IMG/VR virus record: IMGVR_UViG_3300035034_003571
Coordinates: 32,001 to 96,000 of that record
Reading direction: 5' to 3' (one strand)
Source of the DNA: a virus
Length of the DNA stretch: 64,000 bases
Shown here one piece after another: positions 28,446 to 38,996 of the stretch. The notes under the pieces are model-generated. The model worked only from the letters and a program-made list of their open reading frames with translations, was not told the DNA's origin and ran no database searches. The translations under genes were made by a program, and so were the position numbers. How positions within the stretch are numbered: the first letter of the stretch is position 1; the number at the start of each line of letters is the position of its first letter.

Positions 28446-31400
28446 TCCTTATCATTAAAAGTAGCATCCGGATTATCTTTTAGAAATACGCCAGATCCAA
28501 AGGGGACTCTGGCTTTTTCTTCTATTTCATCTTTTTGAGCTTCCAAATCTTTCGACATTCTATAAAAAGAATCATCTTTAGTACTAGATCTTTTTGGGTA
28601 TCCATAATCTTCTGAATTAATTATCCCAGGATCACTATCCTCTACTTTTCTTTCTAAATGATTTATAACTTCTATAAATGCAGTTTTTGATATCTCATAT
28701 ACATTACCTTTAGAATCTTCTATAGAATTATAGATTGTATATAGTCCCGCTTCATTAAATGTGAATATAAAATATGGAGAATTTTTAATGTCTAATAATT
28801 CCTCTCCAGTCTTCTGATTACTCAAAACCCACCTATTCGAACTTTTACCAAATATATTAGAATCGTAATTACTAAAGAATATAGTAGACATTAAAGGAAC
28901 CGACATATTTTTTCCGTCCCTGTGTAAGTCCGCCCATTTCCATGGGTTCGTTCCATAGTTTGATATAATTGAACCCATAGATTTCCCCGTTTTTACTTCA
29001 GGAGCTAAGGAAAGTCCTATAAATATTTCATCTCCGTCTCCTATATTTTTCCCAGTATAAAATAAATCTCCTTCATCTGAATCTGTATAAGAAAATCCAT
29101 CTATTGTAAATCCACTAGGTCCCAGAGAGGATAAATTATAATAATCCGAATTGCCTCCATCTAGTCCAGTTTTTAGCATAGTCCCTCCGCTGGCACCAAA
29201 ATAAACAGAATGAGTGTAAGAAGAAGATACGGACGAGCTTTCTATTCCGAAAGAAATCCCGGAATCTACTTCCACGTCATAAGAGCCTATAAATTTTATA
29301 TCCCCTGCTGGTTCTATAGTTATTATTCCTGTTCCATATTCAGTTTCTATAATATTAGATTCTTGTCCGAATATTGTTGAAGTAGGCCCAGTTATCGCTT
29401 GAAATATATAATGTCTATCTAATCCAGAAGAACTCGATATGGAGTTTTCATCAATTATAGTTTCACTTATTCCACTATCTATATAATTTTCGTTGGAATC
29501 TATCAGAATGTAAAACCCATAATTTCCGGAAGTAATTCCAGCCCCTATTTCAAAGTCTCCGAAAGAAAATGAAGTAGAATTTGCAATTCCTGTTATTAAG
29601 GAGGTTCCGTTACTTTTCTCTGTACTTATCCCATTTATTTTAACATTATTTCCTGGACCTATACCAGAATTAATATCCATCGTAGACTTTAAATTTAACT
29701 CTTTATCTAATTTTAAATAAATGCTAGTTTCACCCAAAGTACCCTTATTTCCTCCTATTACCCCAGGTAATCCAATAATATCAAAGTATCCATTATTTTC
29801 TCCAGAATATGTATATAATACAGATCCAGTTCCGCCGAGGTTAGCTGAAATCTTTATATCATTTTTTGTTATTTCTAATTTGGGGGTAGTTATAAAATTA
29901 GGATCGTCAATATTAGTTGGGAAATGTCTGAATTTTTTTAGAAAGTAATTACTTTTTAATGAATTAGGATCTGATAAATCTATTCCTCCTAATGAGGTTT
30001 CAGTTCCTATATTACAATCAATTTCCATTATGAATATCCCTGAATCTCCTCCACTTGGATCATACCAAGAAGGGATAAAAGGAGAAGACGTTCCTCCAGT
30101 ATATTCAGATAGGATCCAGGGATAATCACCGGTTGCTCCCTGTATATTTGATGAATTGATATTAGAGATTCCTATTGCAGAACCAATAGGCCCTCCGCCG
30201 GATGCACCTCCAGGGTAATTACCATATACAAATTCACCAGCTTCGATATTATTTTTATATCCCCCAAGTATATAAACAGATTCGTTATTTTCTGAATTTT
30301 TTATGTCATAGATGTATGTAGAATCTCCTCTAACCTTATTATAGCCCTTCAATTGACCTAATTTATTATAATAAACAATCAATCCCATTTCAGATGGTAT
30401 TGGTGAACCTGAAGTAGAGTTTGTATTATTAACAATTTCCTCGGTTCCGTCAGCTTTTATACCCAAATTTATTGAAGACGCAGCCGGTAAACTAATACCA
30501 ACAATATAAATATCTCCTATGACGTTCACACTAATATTGCTGGCAGAAGAAATGTCTGTCGATCCAGTTAATCCAGTTAATCCAGTTATCCAGGTATTTG
30601 AAGGAATTTTTCTCGATTCTTTTAATTCAAAATAATCTGGGATTTCGCTTTTGTTCCAATATTCTTGCTTTCCTGCACTACCGTCAGCAACATCAGAAAT
30701 AGGAACACTAAGGAATAAATTACGCCTATCTAATCCTGGATTATCCCCAGCAAGGTAAAGATCCTGATATGTCCTCCAAGAAGGATATTCCCAAGAATAT
30801 TTATCAACCTTTGGGGTTTTTAATCCATCTGATGGAGTATGGTATATAAAATTCCATCCAGTAGCACCAATATTTTTAGCTGATGCATATACATGAGGCG
30901 TTATAAAATTAAATAAAGAAATGTCATTTAAACATGTTATTAGAATTTCGTCTGGGTAATATGTAGTTTCTTTATTTTTTGATTTTTTCCAAAAAGATAT
31001 AATTTCGGTAACTTGATCACTAGGGATTTCAGAGTTACTTTCAGTATAATTTACAATGATATCTCCATTAAAGTAAAAAAGCCCATTACCATTTTCGTTA
31101 TATCCATCACCTACCGTGAAAAATACTTGTCCGTTAGAAGATGCTTTTACTATAAATATTTCAGATGGAGAAGGAATATCGGAATTCGAAGAGTTCCAAA
31201 CTTTATATTCACCCTCAGAGGAAAGGAAAACTAATCCCTCCTTAGTACCAATCCATAAATTCCCATCCTCATCAAAATCTAAACTATATACTACCGAAGA
31301 AGGTAATCCGGAATTTCCGGAATTTAATATTTTAACAGAGCCTAGAGTATTACCAACATCTAAAAGGTCTAATTCCACTCTGGAACTCCCCCCATTAAAT

Positions 31401-31981
31401 ATTAATATACCTATTTCTGTAGCTACCCAATATTCATAAGAATTTCCTTCAATACCTTTAGCTTTTATATCATATGTGTGATTCCATGTATAACCTTCTA
31501 ATATTTCAGACCATTTATTTAAGGATTCTTCATACCTATATAAATACCCTCCTGTTGCTCCAGAGGATCCTGTTGCTCCTGTAACTCCTACACCTCCGTT
31601 AAGCTCCGTTATAAAAGCTAAAGTTTCTCCTCCAAAAGGGCTTGAATAAATTTTACTAACCTCGTAAGAATCTCCGGTAATACCTAAATCTTCTAAACCC
31701 CAAGTTTCTGAATCTTGAGAATATTCGCCGGTAAGTTTAAAAACGATTACATCAGAAACATAAGGAGCAGTAGCACAACCAACCCATTTATTTCCTATCG
31801 GGTCTATTGAGATTGATCTAGTGTCTAAATAATATGGAGAATTACTAGGAACTGCGGAATTTGTAAAATTATATTTATTAAAAACCGATCCGTCGTATTT
31901 TACTACATCTGCTCCAGTAATCCAGATATCATTGGATCTATCTATACTAATATCTGTTATTATATTTCCTAAATTTGCCAT
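28442..31981 (-). CDS. Beta-propeller (two-component regulator propeller-like) virion protein
   Basis: Repeats NSGLPSSVVYSLDFDEDGNLWIGTKEGL, NSAVPSN...SISIDPIGNKWVG, NSEIPSDQVTEI; PKD-like FTFNEAGLYTI near the C-terminus. Confidence 0.65.
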   Translation of the reverse strand: MANLGNIITDISIDRSNDIWITGADVVKYDGSVFNKYNFTNSAVPSNSPYYLDTRSISIDPIGNKWVGCATAPYVSDVIVFKLTGEYSQDSETWGLEDLGITGDSYEVSKIYSSPFGGETLAFITELNGGVGVTGATGSSGATGGYLYRYEESLNKWSEILEGYTWNHTYDIKAKGIEGNSYEYWVATEIGILIFNGGSSRVELDLLDVGNTLGSVKILNSGNSGLPSSVVYSLDFDEDGNLWIGTKEGLVFLSSEGEYKVWNSSNSDIPSPSEIFIVKASSNGQVFFTVGDGYNENGNGLFYFNGDIIVNYTESNSEIPSDQVTEIISFWKKSKNKETTYYPDEILITCLNDISLFNFITPHVYASAKNIGATGWNFIYHTPSDGLKTPKVDKYSWEYPSWRTYQDLYLAGDNPGLDRRNLFLSVPISDVADGSAGKQEYWNKSEIPDYFELKESRKIPSNTWITGLTGLTGSTDISSASNISVNVIGDIYIVGISLPAASSINLGIKADGTEEIVNNTNSTSGSPIPSEMGLIVYYNKLGQLKGYNKVRGDSTYIYDIKNSENNESVYILGGYKNNIEAGEFVYGNYPGGASGGGPIGSAIGISNINSSNIQGATGDYPWILSEYTGGTSSPFIPSWYDPSGGDSGIFIMEIDCNIGTETSLGGIDLSDPNSLKSNYFLKKFRHFPTNIDDPNFITTPKLEITKNDIKISANLGGTGSVLYTYSGENNGYFDIIGLPGVIGGNKGTLGETSIYLKLDKELNLKSTMDINSGIGPGNNVKINGISTEKSNGTSLITGIANSTSFSFGDFEIGAGITSGNYGFYILIDSNENYIDSGISETIIDENSISSSSGLDRHYIFQAITGPTSTIFGQESNIIETEYGTGIITIEPAGDIKFIGSYDVEVDSGISFGIESSSVSSSYTHSVYFGASGGTMLKTGLDGGNSDYYNLSSLGPSGFTIDGFSYTDSDEGDLFYTGKNIGDGDEIFIGLSLAPEVKTGKSMGSIISNYGTNPWKWADLHRDGKNMSVPLMSTIFFSNYDSNIFGKSSNRWVLSNQKTGEELLDIKNSPYFIFTFNEAGLYTIYNSIEDSKGNVYEISKTAFIEVINHLERKVEDSDPGIINSEDYGYPKRSSTKDDSFYRMSKDLEAQKDEIEEKARVPFGSGVFLKDNPDATFNDKD

Positions 31982-34275
31982 TATAAGCTTCCTCCTATTT
32001 TAATTCCCGATCTTCTATCGATCCCATCCTCAGTATGATTTTCTGATAATGCACCATAACTAAAAGTTTTCATATGAGAGCTTATTCCCAAATATGTACT
32101 CTTCGTTTGTATCCACGGTTCTATATCTATATATTGAGGATATTCTGGATCCCCTGTAGAATTAAATCTTCCAAAGTCCCAAGTCATTGGGGTATTTAGT
32201 AACTTAGAAGAAACAAGTCCATAATATGTTGATTCAGTAAGTATGCCATTTCTAAAAATTCCATAAGATTCCTTTACAGTAACTGAACTAATAAGAGGAT
32301 TTCTTATTTCTAATGAAAGACCTGCCCTATTAGGACCTCCAGTTCCTCCGCTAGTTATAGTACCTGTTATGTTATCAGAATATGGAGTTGGTAAAGTCCA
32401 GTATTCATCAGCAACTGCTATAAGGTCGTTTAATCCACCAGTAAGTCCCATATCAGGATCGGAAATATAAGCATTGATATAGCTAGCTATTCCTATTCCA
32501 TATTGGGTATCTTCTACTAATATCCAAGATCCATCTACAGAATCGTTCCCGTAAGCTTGCGCGCATGCAGTTGCCCCCAGAGAAGGTCCGATTGATCCCA
32601 CTGGGTCTATTGATTCTGGGACTGTTATAGGTCCATCATTTCTAGCTTGTGTATCAGGTAAACCAAAATATACTGGAATCGTAACTGAATCTCCATCCCA
32701 ATAATCTACCTTAATATCTATTCCTAGAGGAGGTATACTAGAATTCGGAGTATTGTTTACTCCTACCTCTTCTATGAAGCTTAAGCTTGGTTCGTCCGGT
32801 AGAATGTATTGGGAAGGAATACAAGGATATTTTCCTATAAAAGTCCCCGTTCCCCCCGTTCCCCCAATATTAATTTTTTCTTGTGTTATCTCTAGTGTGT
32901 CCGGATAAAATCTAGCCCATTGCCCTTGTGTTATCCTAGAATCGGCTCCTATGTGAGTATCTGCTGATGTTATTATCCCGAGTGTTGGAGGGGATTCAAA
33001 ATATGCAGTGGGTCCTGGAGTTGGTAAACCTATTGGGTTTTTGAGTAGATTTTCTATAGTAGTTTTATGGATCTTTGCGGTTCCGTTAGATTCCTTTCCG
33101 TTCACTAAATTACCCCTACTATATAAAGAAAGATATGACCTTTGAAACGGATTTATAGAATCATCATAGAAAGTATCTCTAATTAAAGCAAATTCTGGAT
33201 TAACTATTTCGTTAGCCAACGGGGATGGTATTTTTATATCAGAAGAGTAGTTTCCTTCTTCTATATTAGCTCCCAAAAAATCAGGAGAAGCTGTCCCACC
33301 AATTGCATTTAAAGTGTCCAAATTATTTACTCTGTATCTACCATTGAATTCTATATTAAATGGCGAAAATGCTCTACCTCTTATATAAGATACCTCATTA
33401 TTAACGTGAGGATAGTACAATCCAGTGGGTCCTGTAGCTCCCCAATAAGTGTTAGCAAAATCTGTTTTAAATTCTATTTTGTTTAATACTGATCCATCGG
33501 ATAAAGTATACGGTTCCTCGTACCCTCCCGTAGCTTCCCCTCCAATTTTAGTGGAATAAGAATATCCTAGTCCGTTAAATCTATTACTATTACTAATATC
33601 ATTAAAGAGGTTTCCGTAAGGTGTAGAGGCTATGGATCCAAGTGAATTTAAATCCGAAGCATATGGAATTGGTATATAATTATAAATTTCAGATATTTCT
33701 TCAACTGGACCCAGTTTACTAATTCCTAGCTGTTTATTTTTATTCCCAATAGCAAAAGGACTAGAAGAAAATAAATTCACATTGGAGATATAAACTGTAC
33801 CCGAAGATGCTGCATGAGATCCTGTTAAAGTTTCCCAATTCATATAACTTAAAGGTCCAATTGGATCTTTTGAATTAACTCCTCCAAAAGTAACTCCGGA
33901 AGCTAAAGCCCCGTCAGAGGGAAAAGTCCATTCAGAGTAATTAGGATCTCCAATACTAGTATTATTTATAAATAAAATTTCACCCATAAAAATAGGGGAA
34001 TCTATACTAAATTCAAAATCAACACCCCATGGAGAAGCAGCAACTTTAATTATTCCAGTTTTTAATTCAGTGTTAGAAACAGAATAAGAATCGTCGGTAG
34101 TTAAGGAAACTGAGAAATCTCCAACGTTATTATAAACTACAGATGGATTTGTAGATGTGGATCCCGTAGGAGATCCTCCAGGGAAATCCCAAGAGTAGTC
34201 AGTAATGTCACCTAAGCTATTGTTAGTGAAGTTTACAGTATCTCCTTGGAATATATTTAATATTGGATTAGCCAT
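31981..34275 (-). CDS. PKD-domain structural protein
   Basis: GDTVNFTNNS...YSWDFPGGSP..ST..NPSVVYNNVGDFSVSLT is a typical PKD domain. Confidence 0.75.
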   Translation of the reverse strand: MANPILNIFQGDTVNFTNNSLGDITDYSWDFPGGSPTGSTSTNPSVVYNNVGDFSVSLTTDDSYSVSNTELKTGIIKVAASPWGVDFEFSIDSPIFMGEILFINNTSIGDPNYSEWTFPSDGALASGVTFGGVNSKDPIGPLSYMNWETLTGSHAASSGTVYISNVNLFSSSPFAIGNKNKQLGISKLGPVEEISEIYNYIPIPYASDLNSLGSIASTPYGNLFNDISNSNRFNGLGYSYSTKIGGEATGGYEEPYTLSDGSVLNKIEFKTDFANTYWGATGPTGLYYPHVNNEVSYIRGRAFSPFNIEFNGRYRVNNLDTLNAIGGTASPDFLGANIEEGNYSSDIKIPSPLANEIVNPEFALIRDTFYDDSINPFQRSYLSLYSRGNLVNGKESNGTAKIHKTTIENLLKNPIGLPTPGPTAYFESPPTLGIITSADTHIGADSRITQGQWARFYPDTLEITQEKINIGGTGGTGTFIGKYPCIPSQYILPDEPSLSFIEEVGVNNTPNSSIPPLGIDIKVDYWDGDSVTIPVYFGLPDTQARNDGPITVPESIDPVGSIGPSLGATACAQAYGNDSVDGSWILVEDTQYGIGIASYINAYISDPDMGLTGGLNDLIAVADEYWTLPTPYSDNITGTITSGGTGGPNRAGLSLEIRNPLISSVTVKESYGIFRNGILTESTYYGLVSSKLLNTPMTWDFGRFNSTGDPEYPQYIDIEPWIQTKSTYLGISSHMKTFSYGALSENHTEDGIDRRSGIKIGGSL

Positions 34276-34300
34276 TGTTATACTTTATCTATTTATCTAA

Positions 34301-37300
34301 TTAAGTACTATATGTAAAATCTGGTTTATTTATAGGATTTGCTCCTGGAACTGTTCTTGGTGCTGGATAATCAGAAGTTGCTCCAGGTGTTGTATTAAAC
34401 GTATATCCAGTAGGTCCTCCAGTAGATAACGAGTCTCCGTAATCTTCAGAAGGGTATACTCTATAATCAAAATTCTTTATATTTTCGTCATCAGAAGAAT
34501 TTAATTGTTCAGCAACTTCCGTTAGAGTTAACGAATTTCCAGAAAAAGTAACTCCAACTGGAAATGGGACAACTTCATTAGCTGGGGAAACCTTAATGTG
34601 GTCACCGTCTTTAATTCCGTATATGTCGAAACCGCCCAACCAGTCATTATTATATTCAAAATCATTCCAAGAATGTGCGTAAAGATCATCCCACGTAACT
34701 TCATCTCCGAAATCATCCCATGACATTCTTTTTGTTCCCCACCACCTTAGATTATTATTAGGTAAATCTAGATCTGTTTCTCTCCATTCAATATAATCTT
34801 CAGTTGGATTAACTCCACCGGAAAATTCAGAGTCTGAGGAAATTAATGTAACTGAACCTTCAGTTAATACACTAAATCCAGTACCATTAGCTCCTTCATA
34901 GTTATCATCATTAAAAGATACGTTAATCTTTCCGCTATAGGGGTTATTTAAGTCAGTAGAAGCTACGTAATCTGGAGTTGTATATGTTTTATTAATTTCT
35001 GAAATTAATGAGCTTACGGTTGCCCCTATTTCAAGATCTAAAATAATATTAGCAATTTCCCTTTTTTCCACATAAACCTTTATTGATCCACCTCCAGTAA
35101 CAAGCTGATCAGGATAAAAATTACTATCGACAGATAAGTAACTTAAATTAAATTCAACACCAATCTGCTGCTCTAAAACTTTGGGTATAACAAAAGTAAA
35201 CTCGTCCGCTCCAAATGGAATTATGACTGGCCAATCCCCGTTTATATCTGGTAAAGATCCTTTAATATAAATAGTGGATCCATCAACAAAATTATGGGGA
35301 GTTGTAGTTTTAATTTCAGCAAAAGAGTATTGAAAAAGACTTCCAACCCTATTAGAAATTATTGATGCTATTTCTAGATCGTCTTGAGCGAATGTAAATT
35401 CAGCTGATGGAGAAATCCCATCTATATTAGATTTAACTAAAACATTTTGTCCTTCATATGCAGAATTTCCATAGTTTATAAAATTTAATGCATCATATGA
35501 TATGGTTTTTCTTGCTTCTTCGTATGTACTTCCTTCCCCTGGATATTCCCAAATCCCTGAATAATCATTCCATGGACGAATCATTTGATCCCATGTATAT
35601 TCCACGTTTTCATGATATCTGGTCCAAGCATCAATATCTATGGTTCTTGGAGAAACCTCTACAGCCTCGTCTATAATCTTAGTACTTCTAAAATTATATG
35701 AATCATAAACATGGCAAGTTAATTTATAAATTCCGGTATATGGTAAAAAATGGGGAATTTTATAAAAGTCCATTATAGGACCTCTAAATCTAAATTCGTA
35801 AGGAGTTCCTTCCTGATTAGTATCTTTTACTATTATCCATTCAATCTCTACATAATTGGAGAAATTAATATTATCCCAAGTCAATAGACTTAAATTTTGC
35901 TTATCTGAAAATATAGAAGATTCGCCAAAAGTACTAGTTCCTAATCCAGTAGAAATTGTATATAAACCCGTTGTATAATCTATATCTATTATCTGCCCTA
36001 CCTCATCTAAATAAATAAAACTTCCGGTAGAATCGTCGCCTTTAATAGTTACAGATTCCCCTACCTCCATTACAGGAATCTGTAAGGAATCCCAGGTTAC
36101 GTTTAATTCGTCCCAAGTAACCTCGTCTAGCTCTAAAGTAAATATAACAGGCATTCCAATTGGAGCTGGGAATATTTCTCCCGTTTTAGGATCTATAAAA
36201 GAATTTGGATCGTATCTATAATCTCCAAGTTCTACGATTTCTCCATTTTGCTTTTTCCTATAAAAACCCTCTATAGATTCAATAAGAGATCTAGCCTCTT
36301 TTCCAGAATACTTTTGATTATTAGATAGAGGATTAGAAATGTTACCAAAGTCAGAAATTGCTGGAGTAGTTGTAGTTATTGCCCCATTCATATTTGGATT
36401 TTCTATTCCAGAGTAGTAATAAAGATCTATATTTTCACCTGGGGTTAGATCTAAAATGATTTCCTCCCCGTTTTTTGCTCCGTTGTTTATTACTCCGTCA
36501 GGAGGATCTAAACCTAAGCCAGAATCTCTGGTTATAAATAGCGGATAATCTTCGGAATCATTTCTTATAATGAATCTTTTTCCCCTCTGGAATGATAGAG
36601 TTGGATTATTACCTAAATATCCACTAACTCTAAATGCATCTCCATAACCAGCAGAGGTAAAAGTTAAACTTATGACATCGTTATAGTTACTAGGTATCTG
36701 TATTGAATTTACATTTTTCCTAACTCCGAAAGCACTAAGATCTTCAATAAATCCAAAATCCGGGTTTATTGAAAGTTCTGGATTGAATCCAGAATCAACA
36801 TCTAACCTATCTACAGTATCACTCCAAGACCTAGTATTATAAATATTATAATAAACCCCCTCTCCCGTTATATCTATAATTCTCGCATTGAGAGGAAGAT
36901 ACGTTTCCTTTAACCTTTCCTTTAGTGCAAATAATTTAAGAATTACCTCCTCTTGTGAAAACATAAAAACGTCTTCCATTATAGGATACCCGTAAGGGTC
37001 TGTATCCCCAGTAGGTCTTTGTATATCATAATAAAGACCGAAAAAAGAAGTCTTCTTGTAGGTATTACTGGGAACTAATGTACTTCCGGACGAAACATCT
37101 AAAACATAATCTCCATCTTCATTGGGACCATATGTTTGGGTCAATTTATATTTCCCTGTATTCTCGTTATCGAGTACATCTTTTATTAATACATTTTGTG
37201 TATATTTTCCATCTACTGATCTTATTTCTTCCAAAAATCCTGTGGTAGATTGGAGCGGGGTTATAACAGCCTCGTTATATTTAACATTAAGCCAATATTC

Positions 37301-38461
37301 CTTAACCCTTAAATCTTGATATCCAAAAAATCTAATTGCATTTATTAATCCTCGATAGCTTCCAATATAGGGGAATATTTCTTCCCCTGCAATCATTAAT
37401 TCCTTTCTTTTCTCATTGATCTCTATATAGTCAGGAAGAGGCTCGCTTGGGTCATGATCTCTAAGTATTGTGGAATCTTTCGGTACAAATGCCCTTCCCA
37501 AATTTCTAGTTAAAACATCCAGTCTTTCGTCGTCACCGATAACTTCACCATAAAAATCTAATTCTAGAACTTTCACCGGACCATTATCAGTTAGCTCTTC
37601 AACTACCATTTTTCTCTCGTAAACTTCGGCTCCAATATTAATGGTATTCATAGCTACATTTATAGCTAAATGGGAACTAATATTTTCAGTAGTTACAATA
37701 TATCCATCTTCATAAAAATCACTAGCATCTTCCAGAATTTCATATGCAACATTTGGGTAATTATAGATAGCAGGCTCGCCTGTTTCTGGGTCATTTTCCG
37801 AAACTTTATAATTAAATATTATATTAGTTACGTCTGTATTCCCATATTTATTATTAGTCCATCGGGTCCTCCATATATTTTTAGAATTAATATCAGGATC
37901 AGAATGAGGATATCCAAGTACTACTGGTCCATCTGAGACTTCTTTGAATTCTTGAATTACATATACCTGAAAATTCTCAAAAAGCCCAGCTGAAACTTCT
38001 TCGAAATATGCAGCCCCTTTAAAGTATCCCCCTGGTCTATCAATATATGACGTTTCGAAATATAATTTTTTACCATCTCCTATAAAAGTGTTCCCTGTGA
38101 AAGCTTTGAATGTAACCTCAACCTCAGTAGAGCTTAAAGTAATAGAATCAACTTTTCCTGATATTTTATTAGGACTAGCAAGTATAGAAATATCTATGGT
38201 TATTTCCGCTCCTTTTAAAAGATAATCAGAAACCTCAGAAGCCCACATTTCTATAGAAAATCCATTTACGTCTTTTATATTAAGAGTGATTTTATTCTGT
38301 GAATCTAACAAAGAAACGTCTACGTTTCCTTTTATGGAAGAATCATCATCAGAGACATACAAAAATTCCGCATCCGCTGAACTAGCTCCGGTAGGGCCAA
38401 CATATTCAAAATTTAAAGGATCTCCTTTTTTATCAAAAAATAATAAATTTCTATTAGCCAT
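34301..38461 (-). CDS. Putative baseplate wedge subunit (gp7-like)
   Basis: FPYIGSYRGLINAIRFFGY motif; Trp-Asp repeats (TWDEL, TWDSL, SWDDF); one gene from the gp6-like gene. Confidence 0.5.
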   Translation of the reverse strand: MANRNLLFFDKKGDPLNFEYVGPTGASSADAEFLYVSDDDSSIKGNVDVSLLDSQNKITLNIKDVNGFSIEMWASEVSDYLLKGAEITIDISILASPNKISGKVDSITLSSTEVEVTFKAFTGNTFIGDGKKLYFETSYIDRPGGYFKGAAYFEEVSAGLFENFQVYVIQEFKEVSDGPVVLGYPHSDPDINSKNIWRTRWTNNKYGNTDVTNIIFNYKVSENDPETGEPAIYNYPNVAYEILEDASDFYEDGYIVTTENISSHLAINVAMNTINIGAEVYERKMVVEELTDNGPVKVLELDFYGEVIGDDERLDVLTRNLGRAFVPKDSTILRDHDPSEPLPDYIEINEKRKELMIAGEEIFPYIGSYRGLINAIRFFGYQDLRVKEYWLNVKYNEAVITPLQSTTGFLEEIRSVDGKYTQNVLIKDVLDNENTGKYKLTQTYGPNEDGDYVLDVSSGSTLVPSNTYKKTSFFGLYYDIQRPTGDTDPYGYPIMEDVFMFSQEEVILKLFALKERLKETYLPLNARIIDITGEGVYYNIYNTRSWSDTVDRLDVDSGFNPELSINPDFGFIEDLSAFGVRKNVNSIQIPSNYNDVISLTFTSAGYGDAFRVSGYLGNNPTLSFQRGKRFIIRNDSEDYPLFITRDSGLGLDPPDGVINNGAKNGEEIILDLTPGENIDLYYYSGIENPNMNGAITTTTPAISDFGNISNPLSNNQKYSGKEARSLIESIEGFYRKKQNGEIVELGDYRYDPNSFIDPKTGEIFPAPIGMPVIFTLELDEVTWDELNVTWDSLQIPVMEVGESVTIKGDDSTGSFIYLDEVGQIIDIDYTTGLYTISTGLGTSTFGESSIFSDKQNLSLLTWDNINFSNYVEIEWIIVKDTNQEGTPYEFRFRGPIMDFYKIPHFLPYTGIYKLTCHVYDSYNFRSTKIIDEAVEVSPRTIDIDAWTRYHENVEYTWDQMIRPWNDYSGIWEYPGEGSTYEEARKTISYDALNFINYGNSAYEGQNVLVKSNIDGISPSAEFTFAQDDLEIASIISNRVGSLFQYSFAEIKTTTPHNFVDGSTIYIKGSLPDINGDWPVIIPFGADEFTFVIPKVLEQQIGVEFNLSYLSVDSNFYPDQLVTGGGSIKVYVEKREIANIILDLEIGATVSSLISEINKTYTTPDYVASTDLNNPYSGKINVSFNDDNYEGANGTGFSVLTEGSVTLISSDSEFSGGVNPTEDYIEWRETDLDLPNNNLRWWGTKRMSWDDFGDEVTWDDLYAHSWNDFEYNNDWLGGFDIYGIKDGDHIKVSPANEVVPFPVGVTFSGNSLTLTEVAEQLNSSDDENIKNFDYRVYPSEDYGDSLSTGGPTGYTFNTTPGATSDYPAPRTVPGANPINKPDFTYST

Positions 38462-38992
38462 TTAAAAAACTCTTTTATTGTTTTTAGGTACAGTATAATT
38501 AAAAAAGTTTTTTATTTGTTTTACGCTTTCTATCAAAGCAAAAATAACTTTTTGTAATTCTTTTAATATGGATTCTTTTGTAGGATCTCTAAAAATAACA
38601 TTCGACATTGTATTTTCCATAATACTCTCCTTATAATCATACCCTTCCCTAACGTTATCGTTAATAGAATCTCTCACATCTTTTAAATTATCAGTAGGAT
38701 CAAAAGCGTAATATTTCCTTTTCATATTTGAAGGAACTATATGAGTTAATATTTCATTATATTCATTAGGATCCGAACAAGGAGAATATTTATATTCACC
38801 CCTAGAATTTATAATTACTCTTCTATATCCAGAGCATCCCATATTATATGCTCTATCCTCGGCAAGTTCCACAGTATCATAAACATCTTTTTTAGAATAT
38901 TTCGTACTGACACTGGACCTAAGTTTTAAGCCTACCGGAGAATAAGTAAATGCTTCATTCTCTTCAAAATATGGGGTATAGTCTCTTTTCAT
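38462..38992 (-). CDS. Hypothetical protein
   Basis: ORF; small GCSGY...YSPC motif. Confidence 0.6.
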   Translation of the reverse strand: MKRDYTPYFEENEAFTYSPVGLKLRSSVSTKYSKKDVYDTVELAEDRAYNMGCSGYRRVIINSRGEYKYSPCSDPNEYNEILTHIVPSNMKRKYYAFDPTDNLKDVRDSINDNVREGYDYKESIMENTMSNVIFRDPTKESILKELQKVIFALIESVKQIKNFFNYTVPKNNKRVF

Positions 38993-38996
38993 ATTA

